Positions 8,733 through 18,950 of a DNA stretch of 64,000 nucleotides are shown here, in pieces. The notes under the pieces were generated by a model that was not told where the DNA came from, searched no databases, and was given only the letters and a program-made list of their open reading frames with translations. This DNA comes from Promethearchaeati archaeon SRVP18_Atabeyarchaeia-1 (lineage in GTDB: Archaea; Asgardarchaeota; Atabeyarchaeia; Atabeyarchaeales; Atabeyarchaeaceae). Location of the stretch: contig CP147779.1 of the NCBI GenBank assembly GCA_037308085.1, positions 736,001-800,000 of the forward strand, in the 5' to 3' direction. A program made the position numbers and the translations under genes. Position 1 is the stretch's first letter. Each line of letters opens with the position of its first letter.

Positions 8733-11700
8733 TTATGACGCAATTGCCTTTGTGAAATCTTCGATATTTGCCGACACTATGTTGGATACGCCTGTCTCCC
8801 CGCTTTTTGAAATACCGATCAGCGAATCAGCCCTCGACATGACGGCCTGTTTCAGAGTGACTACTATGAATTGGGAGCTCTTTGACAGCTCCTTTAGAAG
8901 ATCCGCTACTCTGACAGCGTTCACTTCGTCCAGAAAGGCGTCAATCTCATCGAGTACGTAGAAAGGAGCAGGTTGATGCTTCTGGATCGCGAATATCAGC
9001 GCCAATGCGGTCAGAGACTTCTCCCCGCCAGACAGGGCTTCGATGTTGGAGACCTCCATGCCCGAGGTCTTGACTTTGATGGTAATGCCACCGAGCAAGG
9101 GCTGTTCGGAGTTCTCTATGACCAGCTCAGCTCGAATTGCTTGGGAGAGATAGTTGAATATTTCCCTGAAATTGTTGGATATGTCATTAAACGTCTCCAT
9201 GAATTTCCTAATTTTCTCTCTCTCAATCTTCTCCATAAACTCAAGAACAGAAGTCTTCTCCTGCAAGACCTTCTCTCTTTTTGCGACTATTTCATCGTAT
9301 CTGCCCTTAACTGAGTCATATTGTTCTATGGCCTTCATGTTGACATTTCCAAGCGCCAGCTGTTCCTCCCTGAGCATGTGTATCCTTTCAGACGTCACCT
9401 CGCCGTCAGCCTCTCCAGTTGAGGGCGACTGGAACTCAGGGAACTCCTGAATTCTCTTTTCCTCTGTGGCTATCTCGGATTCCAGATGCTCCTTGCGGAT
9501 ACTTAGGCCGTTTATGTCCATTTGCAGTGTGCTGATCTCCCTTCTAATTAGGCTCAGCTTCTTTGACACATCTCGCGCCGAGTTCTTGTTGTCAGTGAGC
9601 TCCTTCCTGAGGGAATCGACCTCATTTTTCATCTGTTCTTTTCCAGAGAGAGTTTTCTCCAGTTCTTCGTTCAAGGCTTCAAGCTGCGTCTGTTTCGCCT
9701 CAAGTTCAGCTTGAAGTGAAGGTGTAGTCGCCTTTACCTTATCAGTTAACTTCTTTACTTCATCGATCTGCGGAGTAAGCTGCTCAATCTTCCCCAGATT
9801 CTGGGCTATTGAGATCTCAGCCTTCTTGAGTTCGTTGTTTAGCTGAGCCAACTCACTCTCTTTTTTCCTTGCCAGTTCTCCGATCCTTGAGGCCTCAGAA
9901 GTGTCGAGCAATTCTCTTAGGTTTCTCTCTTGTGATGAGAGCTGAGAAAGGTCATCCTTAGTTTTCTCGAGGACGCCGGTTAGGCCCGCAAGTTCAGCAG
10001 AGAGTTCTTCTAGTCTCGTATTCTTTGAGTTCATCTCATTCTGGGCATTGGCAATGATCTCTTCTAATTCCCTAGCCTTGTTGCTCTTGTCGGTTAGCTG
10101 TACTCCTATGACTTCCAGCTTCTTCTCGTCGGCATTGATACCTTCCCCCAGATCTGACTTTAGTTTGGCAAGGTCCTGCAACTTGTGGGAGAGAGAATCC
10201 CTTGCATCACGGAATCCCTTCAATTCCTCTTCAAGTGTCGCTAGGCTCCGTTTCTCGGTGGTCAGTTTTCCTTTCACATAGAAGCCACCGGTTATCAGCC
10301 CCGTCGGTTCTATCATGTCGCCCTCCAGGGTTACTCTGCGCAGGTCCGTGTGTTTCAGAGAGCGTGCAACACGAAGATCCTCTACCACCAATGTTTTTGC
10401 AAATACGTAGTCGATTGCCGACTCGCATCTGCGATCGTAACTTATGAGATCCTTCGCTAGGCCTATCACTCCCTTTTGCCTCGGATATTCTTGAGGGGGC
10501 ACTCCCTTAATAGTGTCAAGCGGGAGAAATGATGCCCTACCAGTCTTTGTTTTCTTGAGAAGTTCAACTAGCCTCGCCGCATCGTCTTCGCTTCTAGTCA
10601 CAACATATGCCAGGCGAGAGCCCGCCGATGCCTCAATCGCGATTGAGTATTCGGCGGGAACTTGTATCAAGTCATCGATGGTGCCAAAGATACCTTCTGG
10701 GTTTTCTCGTTCCTTAAATTTCAGGATCTCTCTAATTGCTGCTCTTCTACCGTGGGAGAGATATAACTTGGCTTCTCTTAGGGCGTCCATTCTGGTTCTT
10801 ATCCGGATGAGCTCTTCCCTGACATTTCTTGTAGTTGCGTCCGTCTCCTGCAGTTGTCTCTCCACTGACAATATGTCATTGCTTGCGTGCTCGAGTTTCG
10901 GCCGAGATTCTGCAAGCCTACTGCCAGACTCCGCTTGATCTTTCTTAGATGAGACTATTTCATCTTTGATTGTCCTGAGATTCTTCTGAGATTCCTCTCT
11001 CAATTTGCCCAATTTCACGATTTCCTGCTCGCAATATGCTTCTTCTCTGATCAGGATCTGTTGCTTGGCAGTTGTTTTGGATAACTCCAAATTCAACGCA
11101 CTTTCTTCAAGCACTATCGAGTCGAGTCTTGTTCTCTTCTTGCCAAAGTCGGTGTCCAGGCCCGAGATCTTGTTTGAGAGCTCCTTTAGAATCCCGCTTG
11201 CATCTTCGATATTCTTGAGTAGCGATTTCTTCCTATCCTCCAGCAGTTTGACATCATTCATTGCATTCTCTGTGGCTCTCTTGAGGTTAGGTAACCTCTC
11301 TTCCAGAGACCTCAGTTGGTCTAGGTTGGATTTTGTCTTCTCTTGAATGAATTTGGAAGCGTTCTCACATTCAGATGTTTGTTGCCTCAGCTCGAGTGCC
11401 TTAACCTGAATTCCATCAAGGTCAGACTCCTTTTTCGCGAGTGCAGGCTCAATCTCGGTTGCTCTATTTGACAAATCGTCTGAAGCATTTGCTATGCTCG
11501 CATCGCTTTTCTCCAGTTCAGACAGTTGCTTTTTCCTTTCTTCCAGCCTCGTTGAGACTTCTTGCAGTGCCAACCTGTCCCTCGTCAGTTGCGCAAAGAT
11601 CAGAGATGCCTGCAAGTTTCTGATATCCTTTTCTGTCTGCTGCCACCTTACGGCGTCCGTTCTTTCTTTTTCAAGGCGGCCAAGTTCGTCCTTAGCAAGC

Positions 11701-12299
11701 TTCACTCTGTCTTCTATTCGTGATAGATTCTGGTTGACCTCTTCGAGTTCTTTGAGTGCTCTCTCTTTCTTCTCATCATAGGTTGCAATTCCAGCGATCT
11801 TCTCGATCAACTCTCTACGTTCCTCATGGTTCAATCTTATTATGCGGGATAACTCACCCTGCGGGACAATATTGTACCCCTCCGGATCTATCCCCACCAT
11901 GCTCAGGATATCGAGTATCTCAGTCCTCGTAGTGAGGCGACCGTTCAGGCGATACAATCCATGCCCTTCACGATCGACTTGCCTCGATATTACGATGTCA
12001 TCTGAGTCTATTGGGATCCTTCTATCAGAATTGTCACAGTGGAGAGTGACCCGAGCATATTCAGCTGCCTTCTCTGCGCCGGGAGATCCAGGATTATAGA
12101 TGAGATCGGAGAATGAACCTGCTCTGACAAACTTGGCGCTTAGTATCCCAAGCGTGAAGCATATTGCATCTAGAATGTTGCTCTTTCCGCTGCCGTTGGC
12201 GCCAACGACCGCTGTAAGCCCCTTTGAGAACCTTAGGCTGACAGTTTTCCTTCCGAACGACTTGAATCCTCTAAATACAATTCTTCTAAGATATACCAA
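8733..12299 (-). CDS. smc: Chromosome segregation protein SMC
   Basis: GANGSGKSN Walker A, hinge domain, LSGGEKSL signature, LDEIDA Walker B, long coiled coils. Confidence 0.97.
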   Translation of the reverse strand: MVYLRRIVFRGFKSFGRKTVSLRFSKGLTAVVGANGSGKSNILDAICFTLGILSAKFVRAGSFSDLIYNPGSPGAEKAAEYARVTLHCDNSDRRIPIDSDDIVISRQVDREGHGLYRLNGRLTTRTEILDILSMVGIDPEGYNIVPQGELSRIIRLNHEERRELIEKIAGIATYDEKKERALKELEEVNQNLSRIEDRVKLAKDELGRLEKERTDAVRWQQTEKDIRNLQASLIFAQLTRDRLALQEVSTRLEERKKQLSELEKSDASIANASDDLSNRATEIEPALAKKESDLDGIQVKALELRQQTSECENASKFIQEKTKSNLDQLRSLEERLPNLKRATENAMNDVKLLEDRKKSLLKNIEDASGILKELSNKISGLDTDFGKKRTRLDSIVLEESALNLELSKTTAKQQILIREEAYCEQEIVKLGKLREESQKNLRTIKDEIVSSKKDQAESGSRLAESRPKLEHASNDILSVERQLQETDATTRNVREELIRIRTRMDALREAKLYLSHGRRAAIREILKFKERENPEGIFGTIDDLIQVPAEYSIAIEASAGSRLAYVVTRSEDDAARLVELLKKTKTGRASFLPLDTIKGVPPQEYPRQKGVIGLAKDLISYDRRCESAIDYVFAKTLVVEDLRVARSLKHTDLRRVTLEGDMIEPTGLITGGFYVKGKLTTEKRSLATLEEELKGFRDARDSLSHKLQDLAKLKSDLGEGINADEKKLEVIGVQLTDKSNKARELEEIIANAQNEMNSKNTRLEELSAELAGLTGVLEKTKDDLSQLSSQERNLRELLDTSEASRIGELARKKESELAQLNNELKKAEISIAQNLGKIEQLTPQIDEVKKLTDKVKATTPSLQAELEAKQTQLEALNEELEKTLSGKEQMKNEVDSLRKELTDNKNSARDVSKKLSLIRREISTLQMDINGLSIRKEHLESEIATEEKRIQEFPEFQSPSTGEADGEVTSERIHMLREEQLALGNVNMKAIEQYDSVKGRYDEIVAKREKVLQEKTSVLEFMEKIEREKIRKFMETFNDISNNFREIFNYLSQAIRAELVIENSEQPLLGGITIKVKTSGMEVSNIEALSGGEKSLTALALIFAIQKHQPAPFYVLDEIDAFLDEVNAVRVADLLKELSKSSQFIVVTLKQAVMSRADSLIGISKSGETGVSNIVSANIEDFTKAIAS

Positions 12300-12528
12300 G
12301 ATGTTTTCCCCGCTTCGTTGGCATAAGACACATGTCGGTAGTAGAGAAAATTCTAGAGGAGATTAATCCTAACTCAGGCCGATGACTCCAAATCAGTTGG
12401 GCATTCCCCATTTCACTAGTACGTGGACATGTTTATCGATTCTGAAAACAGATTAGACTTCTGAGTTCATAAGGATAATGGGGTGTTAGCGAAAGAATCC
12501 CAAGATAATACTGTGCGGTTCTCCCCGA

Positions 12529-13209
12529 TCAGAATACTATCATCACGTGGGCCTTGTCATAGGGTTCGAGATGTACCACCTGCTTCACCTCAAACATCAA
12601 TCTAAGGGTTTCTGTCTCTCTCTTGAATATCTCAGAAGGCTCCTTGGTCACGTCCACGCTCCGCGCCTTTATAGCCAAGAAACCGTGACCACCTTCTTTC
12701 AGAAACATCTTTGCGTTCTTAGTCATTATTTCGCTCTGATTGGGCTGTGCTACATCTTGGTAAACCAGATCAACCTGATCCACTAACATCCGATATTTCT
12801 CGGGGAACCTAGCATCAGCAAGGATCGGGAGCATATTCTTCCGGTATTCGCATAGCGCCACAAGCTCGCGGATGACTCTAGGTGAGAATTCAACGCAGTA
12901 CACGAGCCCGTCCTCGCCTACTATGTCAGAAACATGACTTGCCGTAGTTCCTGAAGCAGCACCCAGATATAGAACTCTGGATCCTTGCTCTAGGGGGACT
13001 TTTTCGACTCCCTTTGTTATCGCTGCGGCTAGTTTGCTACGATACGTGTCCCAAACACGATATTCCTTCCCCGAGACTTGAATGAGCCTTTCGCCGTATA
13101 CCTTTCTTCCCGGCGTGAGATTGAGCGTAGCGAGTCTTTCTCCCCCACTTTGATCCTCGAGGGAGACCCACAAGACGTTATTGCATCCTTTGTACTCTCT
13201 TGTATCCAT
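12529..13209 (-). CDS. flpA: Fibrillarin-like rRNA/tRNA 2'-O-methyltransferase
   Basis: VYGE, RSKLAAA, VLYLGAASGTTASHVSD, YQDVAQP, LEPYDKAH. Confidence 0.96.
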   Translation of the reverse strand: MDTREYKGCNNVLWVSLEDQSGGERLATLNLTPGRKVYGERLIQVSGKEYRVWDTYRSKLAAAITKGVEKVPLEQGSRVLYLGAASGTTASHVSDIVGEDGLVYCVEFSPRVIRELVALCEYRKNMLPILADARFPEKYRMLVDQVDLVYQDVAQPNQSEIMTKNAKMFLKEGGHGFLAIKARSVDVTKEPSEIFKRETETLRLMFEVKQVVHLEPYDKAHVMIVF

Positions 13210-13242
13210 TATGCAACGCCTTCATTCTGGAGAAAAGGCTTC

Positions 13243-14496
13243 TCAGTACCTTCTCCTATCGCGTCTCTTCATGTCTTTCCCGAACCTCTCACGCTTGTAT
13301 TTCATGGGTTCTCCGTACTTTGGAGGTTCTTTGCGTGCAGTCGGTTTGGGATACTTCTTCTTTATGTCCTCGATCCGCCTGTCCAAAATATACTTCAATT
13401 CATCGGCCTGATACTCGCCTGAATAGGCGTCGATCCTCGCAGCGATGGAAAGCTTGCCAGCAAGCACACGTGCAACTTTCCCCCTCTGCCACCAAGAAGC
13501 TCTGTGGATAAATGGATGTTGGAATATGATCCCATGCTTAGGCGGGTTTGCACCTGTTTTGAGAGCTCGGAACAAGGCTTTTTCAGCCCCCAGCACTTGA
13601 ATTGTGCTGGCGGGAAGCCTTGAAAGCTCGTCCAGACCGCCAGCCAGACTCAACAGGCGAGCTCCAATCATGGAGCCGGCAAGCCCCGTCACATTCGGGG
13701 CGACCTCCTTCATGATGTTATCGACATACTGCTCGATTTCACTCCTAGCGTCATAAAGCTCCTTTATTATGGTGGCAAAGTTCCTTATTCTGGAAAGGTC
13801 GTAATCGGCTATTCTGGCGCCCATTGAGCTTTTAGCCTGCCTCTCAAGTTCCATGCGCATTGCGTCGGAGAATGTCGCCACACCACGCAGATTGTCCTGC
13901 GAATACTGGCTTCTGTCCCCAATCTTACTTATGAGCGCGGCATAGGTCTGGTGATTCTCTACGAGCCTGCTCAGTTCAGGAAAGTACAACCCGTACCATT
14001 CTCTTATCCTCGAGGCGAATAGGTTTAGGGTCTTATCAATATCGTCAGTAGATTCAATTGCCTGAACAATCAGCTTATCTCTTTTCTCAGCTGCTCCGCG
14101 TATCTTCTGCTTAGTCAACAAGATGTTGACCTGATACAATAACGAGTAAAAATCTTCAGGCGAGCTAACAAAGCCTGATTCTGTAGAGAAATCCACGATT
14201 CTTGACCTAAGCAGTCTGCCAGCTTGGCTTGGGGTCTCAACATGGGTGCGAACCCCGTACCTCTTCACAATATTATTGGCGAGTTGCTCGTCCTCCAAAA
14301 TGAATTCGTCAAAGCCTTTGTTTTGTATCTGCTCCACTAGTTTACCCAACTCGTCGATTATCTCGCCATCCTGAAGCCTCGTGACTTTCTTCGCTAATTC
14401 ATCTGGGTTTGGCTTGAAAACACTCTTACTCACTAGTTTGAGTGAGTCGTCAAATGCAAAAACGCCGACCAAGGACTCGACGATCAGTGCCTGCAA
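13243..14496 (-). CDS. nop5: C/D box RNP subunit Nop5 (aNop56/58)
   Basis: RIREWYG.YFPEL, LPASTIQVLGAEKALF, PPKHGIIFQHP, basic C-terminal tail. Confidence 0.96.
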   Translation of the reverse strand: MQALIVESLVGVFAFDDSLKLVSKSVFKPNPDELAKKVTRLQDGEIIDELGKLVEQIQNKGFDEFILEDEQLANNIVKRYGVRTHVETPSQAGRLLRSRIVDFSTESGFVSSPEDFYSLLYQVNILLTKQKIRGAAEKRDKLIVQAIESTDDIDKTLNLFASRIREWYGLYFPELSRLVENHQTYAALISKIGDRSQYSQDNLRGVATFSDAMRMELERQAKSSMGARIADYDLSRIRNFATIIKELYDARSEIEQYVDNIMKEVAPNVTGLAGSMIGARLLSLAGGLDELSRLPASTIQVLGAEKALFRALKTGANPPKHGIIFQHPFIHRASWWQRGKVARVLAGKLSIAARIDAYSGEYQADELKYILDRRIEDIKKKYPKPTARKEPPKYGEPMKYKRERFGKDMKRRDRRRY

Positions 14497-14760
14497 GCTT
14501 CCTTGTCCTCCGCCAAAGTTAAAGGGAAACAGACTGTCAGATGAATTGTATAGATGCAGGTGATTACATATAAAGGAATATGGGATGGTTACACTCTCTT
14601 AGGGAAGCATCTAGGTTGCTTCGCGCCTATGTCATCATGGGTGTCACTTTCTCTGCGGGGACACTATATGGGTTAAGAGAGCACAGAGAGGAGAGGCACA
14701 CCCAGAAAGGTAGGAGGCCCCATAAATCACCTCAATAGTCGCGCATCAAGGGAACCATAT

Positions 14761-16039
14761 ATGGAGGGCGAGGAGAGGCGAGAAGAGAACCATTGCAATT
14801 AAGTACCAACCTTCGGACAACATCCTCAGGTACCTCAAAGATATGAGGGAAGCCTTGAGAGAGGCTCTGGTTTGCGCATACGCCTTGGCTAAGGGTAGCA
14901 ACTTCTTTGTGCCTAGCCCAATTGTACTGAGAAGAAAGGTGAAACCCTGGTTCGATTCTCGTTATGATTACGCTAGGCACCACATTAACCCAGTCTGCAG
15001 GGCCGCTGTGGCTCTGCTTAGGTCGTATAGGAGAAGGCATGGGCGGTTAGCTTTGCCTCAGGTTAGGAGGCTCACCATGAGGATTGACTCCGAACTATTC
15101 CGCGTAGACTCGAATCGCGATGGAACTGTGGTTGTGCGGGTGACCTTGGAGCCCTTCACCTACGATGTCATTAGGTTCACCCCGCGCCACAGGAAGTGGA
15201 GCGAGTACAGCACTGGGAAAACGAGCGAGCTCCTGCTAACCGACAGGAAGCTTTGCATCACATTCATCGTGGGGGTTGAAGGCAGTAAGTCCCTTGGAGC
15301 GAGGCTTGCGGGTTTAGACCTCAACTTCCGAAGCGTAGACTCAACAGCCTTCAGCTGCGGCAGGTTGGAGCCGCCTTGCACAGAGCATTTCAGCAGGATT
15401 GTGCAGGTTCAGAACGACTTCTCGAGGAGGCGTAGGAGGCTTCAGCTGCACATCAGGAATCCACAGAAGAGGGCGGCTAAGCTCGGCGAGACAAGGGGCA
15501 GGCAGAGAAACAGATTTCAGAACGCGCTACAGAAGCTCTCAAACAGGATAGTCCGGGAGAATCCTGGCACCTCCTTCATCTTCGAGGACCTGAAAGGTAT
15601 ACGAAGAAACGGAGAGAGGCGAGTGAAGAGGAGCAGGAAGCTGAGGACGTACCTGAACCGCTGGCCCTACCGAATGCTTCAGAGGATGGTGGGGTACAAG
15701 AGTCGCTGCAGGACTCTATACGTTAGCCCGAGGGGGACCTCATCGAAGTGTCCCGTCTGCGGTGGAAATTTGAAGCACCCAGCTTGGGCCATATCAAGGT
15801 GCAGAACTTGTGGCGTGGACTACGACCGGGATAGGCTCGCCAGCTTGGCGATACTCCACCGTGGCCTGCGCCTATGCGGCCAACCGTTTGCCGTGAGTGC
15901 GGGCGCCTCTTGGCAGCGGATGAGGGATGAATACCTGTACGCCCCCGGAGAGCCTGAGGCTGGGGGAGCAGGTGGGACTGAAGAGGCTGCCAACGCCCCG
16001 AATAGAAACGCGTACTTCCACAAATTTCCGCGTTTCTAG
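14761..16039 (+). mobile_element. tnpB: TnpB (IS200/IS605 OrfB) RNA-guided nuclease gene without tnpA; N-terminus probably frameshifted
   Basis: RuvC-I GLDLN, RuvC-II FEDL, Zn finger TSSKCPVCG..CRTCG, RuvC-III DRDRLA; main ORF is 14843-16039 and its frame stays open upstream without a start codon. Confidence 0.85.
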
Positions 16040-16167
16040 AAACGGAAAAACCCAGCTAGTCTATTCGACTCCACAAAGGTTTAACTATATCGCTATGACC
16101 ATGATTAATTGGCTTGTTTATCTATTCTCTAGTTTGGGTATTCCTAATCCTAAGGAGGCGGATACTG

Positions 16168-17091
16168 ATGAGCTCGCCTGATGTCGAGGATGTCGATTTG
16201 TCGGTGAGGTTGGCTGGACTCAAGATGAGGAACCCGACAATGCTTGCCTCGGGGATTCTTGGCATGGGCAGGTTCACGCTGGAGAGAGTCGCCTCCGCTG
16301 GGGCTGGGGCAGTTGTCACCAAATCGATCGGTCCGAGACCCGAGAAGGGGTACCCTAATCCAACAATAGTTGAAGTAGAATCTGGTTATCTGAATGCCAT
16401 GGGGTTGCCCAACCCAGGCGTCGACGCATACGCGCGGGAGATACTGGAGTTGAAGGAACTGGTGACCGTTCCGATAGTTGGCAGCGTCTACGGAAATACG
16501 CCAGAGGAGTTTGCCGAGGTAGCGTCAAAACTCCAGAAGAGTGGCGCCATGGCAATAGAAGCGAATGTTTCATGCCCCCACGCGAAGGTTGGCTCCTTAG
16601 GTCAGGATCCTGATTGTGTTCGGGAGGTGACCCGCGCCATAAAAGATGCGATCAAGGTTCCGCTGTTCGTCAAATTGAATCCCAATGTGACTAGCATCAC
16701 TGAGATCGCCAGAGCCGCCGAAGAAGGTGGGTGTGATGCAATCACGGCAATCAATACAGTTAAGGGAATGGTGATTGATGTGGACGCACGCTTGCCGATT
16801 CTGGGTAACCGTTATGGCGGTCTCTCAGGACCTGCAATCAGGCCCATCGCGGTGAGATGCGTATATGAATTGTATGAGAAAATCCATGTTCCCCTGATAG
16901 GAGTAGGGGGTGTGGGCGGGTGGAGGGACGCAACCGAGTTTCTCCTCGCCGGGGCTTCATGTATCCAGGTTGGAACAGCGGTGACAAAAGGGCTATCAGT
17001 CTTCGACGAAATTGTGCGAGGGCTACGCGACTACATGAGAAAGAAGGGTCTCAGAACTCTGAAAGAAATCATAGGAAAGGCACACAGATAG
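16168..17091 (+). CDS. pyrD: Dihydroorotate dehydrogenase (family 1B) catalytic subunit
   Basis: NPTMLASG, VVTKS, NAMGLPNPG, NVSCPH, GGLSGPAI; GGAGG before ATG 16168. Confidence 0.95.
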   Translation: MSSPDVEDVDLSVRLAGLKMRNPTMLASGILGMGRFTLERVASAGAGAVVTKSIGPRPEKGYPNPTIVEVESGYLNAMGLPNPGVDAYAREILELKELVTVPIVGSVYGNTPEEFAEVASKLQKSGAMAIEANVSCPHAKVGSLGQDPDCVREVTRAIKDAIKVPLFVKLNPNVTSITEIARAAEEGGCDAITAINTVKGMVIDVDARLPILGNRYGGLSGPAIRPIAVRCVYELYEKIHVPLIGVGGVGGWRDATEFLLAGASCIQVGTAVTKGLSVFDEIVRGLRDYMRKKGLRTLKEIIGKAHR

Positions 17092-17100
17092 ATTGAAGGG

Positions 17101-17907
17101 TTGAGGCACAGGTTGAGCGCAATATCGAGGAATCGCCCAGCACTATGTGAAGTGAAGTCGATTGATGTCGAGGCAGAAGACACCAAGACCTTGAAGATTA
17201 GATGTGAATCCGACTTTTGGGGTGAGGCAAGACCTGGACAGTTTGTCATGGTCTGGATACCTGGCGTCGATGAGGTTCCAATGAGCATCTCTAACGTGGC
17301 AGAGGGAGAAGTGTGGATAACGGTCAAGGAAGTCGGCGAGGCAACCTCAGCCATTCATGGGATGACCAAAGGAGGAACCTTAGGGCTAAGAGGACCATAT
17401 GGAACGAGCTTCACCACGAATGCGAAAAGAGCTTTGGTCGTAGCGGGGGGAATAGGCGCTGCGCCGCTTCTGTTCTTAACGAGAAAGCTAGTCAATGCCG
17501 AGGGCAGGATCACCCTGGTGCTTGGCGCGAGAACTGCCGGAAAGGTCGTGCTTAGAAATGACTTTGGGAAGCTGCTTCGAACGCACAAAAATGCCCGGGA
17601 GTTGGTGACCACCGATGACGGGTCAGTGGGAGAGAAAGGATGTGCAAGCGACTTCGCGACAGCCCTAATTAGGGAAGAGAGGTTTGATCATGTCTACACA
17701 TGTGGCCCTGAGGGCATGATGCAAAAGATCATCAACGCCGCTCTTGGTTTGGGTGTTCATGTGGAGGCGAGCCTCGAAAGGTATATGCGATGTGGAATTG
17801 GGCTGTGCGGAAGCTGTTATGTTGGGAAGTATCTTGTATGCAAAGACGGACCAGTTTTCTCAAATGACATGTTAAAGGAGATAGTCAAACATCTCAAGAC
17901 AGAATGA
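17101..17907 (+). CDS. pyrK: Dihydroorotate dehydrogenase electron transfer subunit
   Basis: PGQFVMVWIPGVDEVPMS, RGPYG, GGIGAAP, CGIGLCGSC, VCKDGPVF. Confidence 0.93.
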   Translation: MRHRLSAISRNRPALCEVKSIDVEAEDTKTLKIRCESDFWGEARPGQFVMVWIPGVDEVPMSISNVAEGEVWITVKEVGEATSAIHGMTKGGTLGLRGPYGTSFTTNAKRALVVAGGIGAAPLLFLTRKLVNAEGRITLVLGARTAGKVVLRNDFGKLLRTHKNARELVTTDDGSVGEKGCASDFATALIREERFDHVYTCGPEGMMQKIINAALGLGVHVEASLERYMRCGIGLCGSCYVGKYLVCKDGPVFSNDMLKEIVKHLKTE

Positions 17908-17938
17908 TCTGGTTTGAATTTGAGGAGAGAAGGTTAGA

Positions 17939-18409
17939 ATGAGTCCAGTTCAAATGGCTGATATTGCCGCGAAGAGCGACGTGCCCAGAACTGCAATTTC
18001 CGTCGGGAGAATAACACTGAAGTCTGAGACCATAAAGAGGTTGAAAGGCAATTCTATCGAGAAAGGTGATGTCGTATCATGCGCACAAATCGCTGGAATT
18101 CTCTCAGCTAAGAAGACTCACGAGATCATACCGCTGTGCCATCCCGTACCAGTAACTAGTGTAGTTGTCAATATAGATATCGAAGACAATGACGTGATCG
18201 TGACCTCTGAAGTCTCGGCACTGGCCAAGACTGGCGTCGAGATGGAATCATTGACAGCAACCGCTGTGGCTCTTCTCACAGTATGGGACATGACTAAGAA
18301 GTACGAGAAGGATGAGGGAGGGCAATACCCCTCCACGAAGATAAGTGACATACGTGTTCTAAGCAAGATTAAGGGAGCGGGAAAAAAGAATGACTCACGT
18401 GGAACATAA
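17939..18409 (+). CDS. moaC: Cyclic pyranopterin monophosphate synthase MoaC
   Basis: KGDV...A.IAGI.SAKKT..IIPLCHP, TGVEME, WDM.K. Confidence 0.94.
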   Translation: MSPVQMADIAAKSDVPRTAISVGRITLKSETIKRLKGNSIEKGDVVSCAQIAGILSAKKTHEIIPLCHPVPVTSVVVNIDIEDNDVIVTSEVSALAKTGVEMESLTATAVALLTVWDMTKKYEKDEGGQYPSTKISDIRVLSKIKGAGKKNDSRGT

Positions 18410-18914
18410 AAGCAAGGTTCCGAGCAAAATAGGTTTTGCCATAGTCGTCGTGAGTGACTCGAGGTACAGGCAGTTCAAAGATGGAGTGAAGATTGAAGAT
18501 GAATCATCTCCAATCGCGGAGCGACTGATCAAGGAGAAGGGGTACGAGTTCCTGACCAAGGAAATAGTTCCTGACGATACCGCTAAGATTGTGGGGGTCC
18601 TCCTTAGGCTAGTTGGCTTGGAAGATTGTGACGTCATTCTCACGATAGGAGGCACGGGTCTCTCTGTGAGGGATGTCACCATAGAGTCGGTTCAAAAACT
18701 GTTGACGAAGGAGGTCGTGGGTTTCGGGGAGGTTTTCAGGAGTCTCAGCTTTCAAAGGATTGGTACCGCTTCCATCCTGAGTAGGGCTTCGGCAGGCGTC
18801 ATAAGAGACAAGCTCATTTTCTGCCTTCCGGGTTCTCCACAGTCCATCGAGCTGGGTCTGAGGGAGCTAATACTTCCCGAAGTAGGTCATATGCTTAGGC
18901 ATATCAGAGAATAA
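18390..18914 (+). CDS. moaB: Molybdopterin adenylyltransferase MoaB/MogA family
   Basis: VVSDSR, VPDD, GGTGLS.RDVT.E, GFGEVFR, SRA.AG, LPGSP. Confidence 0.9.
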   Translation: MTHVEHKSKVPSKIGFAIVVVSDSRYRQFKDGVKIEDESSPIAERLIKEKGYEFLTKEIVPDDTAKIVGVLLRLVGLEDCDVILTIGGTGLSVRDVTIESVQKLLTKEVVGFGEVFRSLSFQRIGTASILSRASAGVIRDKLIFCLPGSPQSIELGLRELILPEVGHMLRHIRE

Positions 18915-18950
18915 TGCTGCGGCAGGGAATCATGTAGTGGATTTGAGACA

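Noticed and set aside
14560-16110. Possible Cas12f/CRISPR association of the tnpB gene
   Set aside because: No repeat-spacer array was seen in its flanks or anywhere else in the window.
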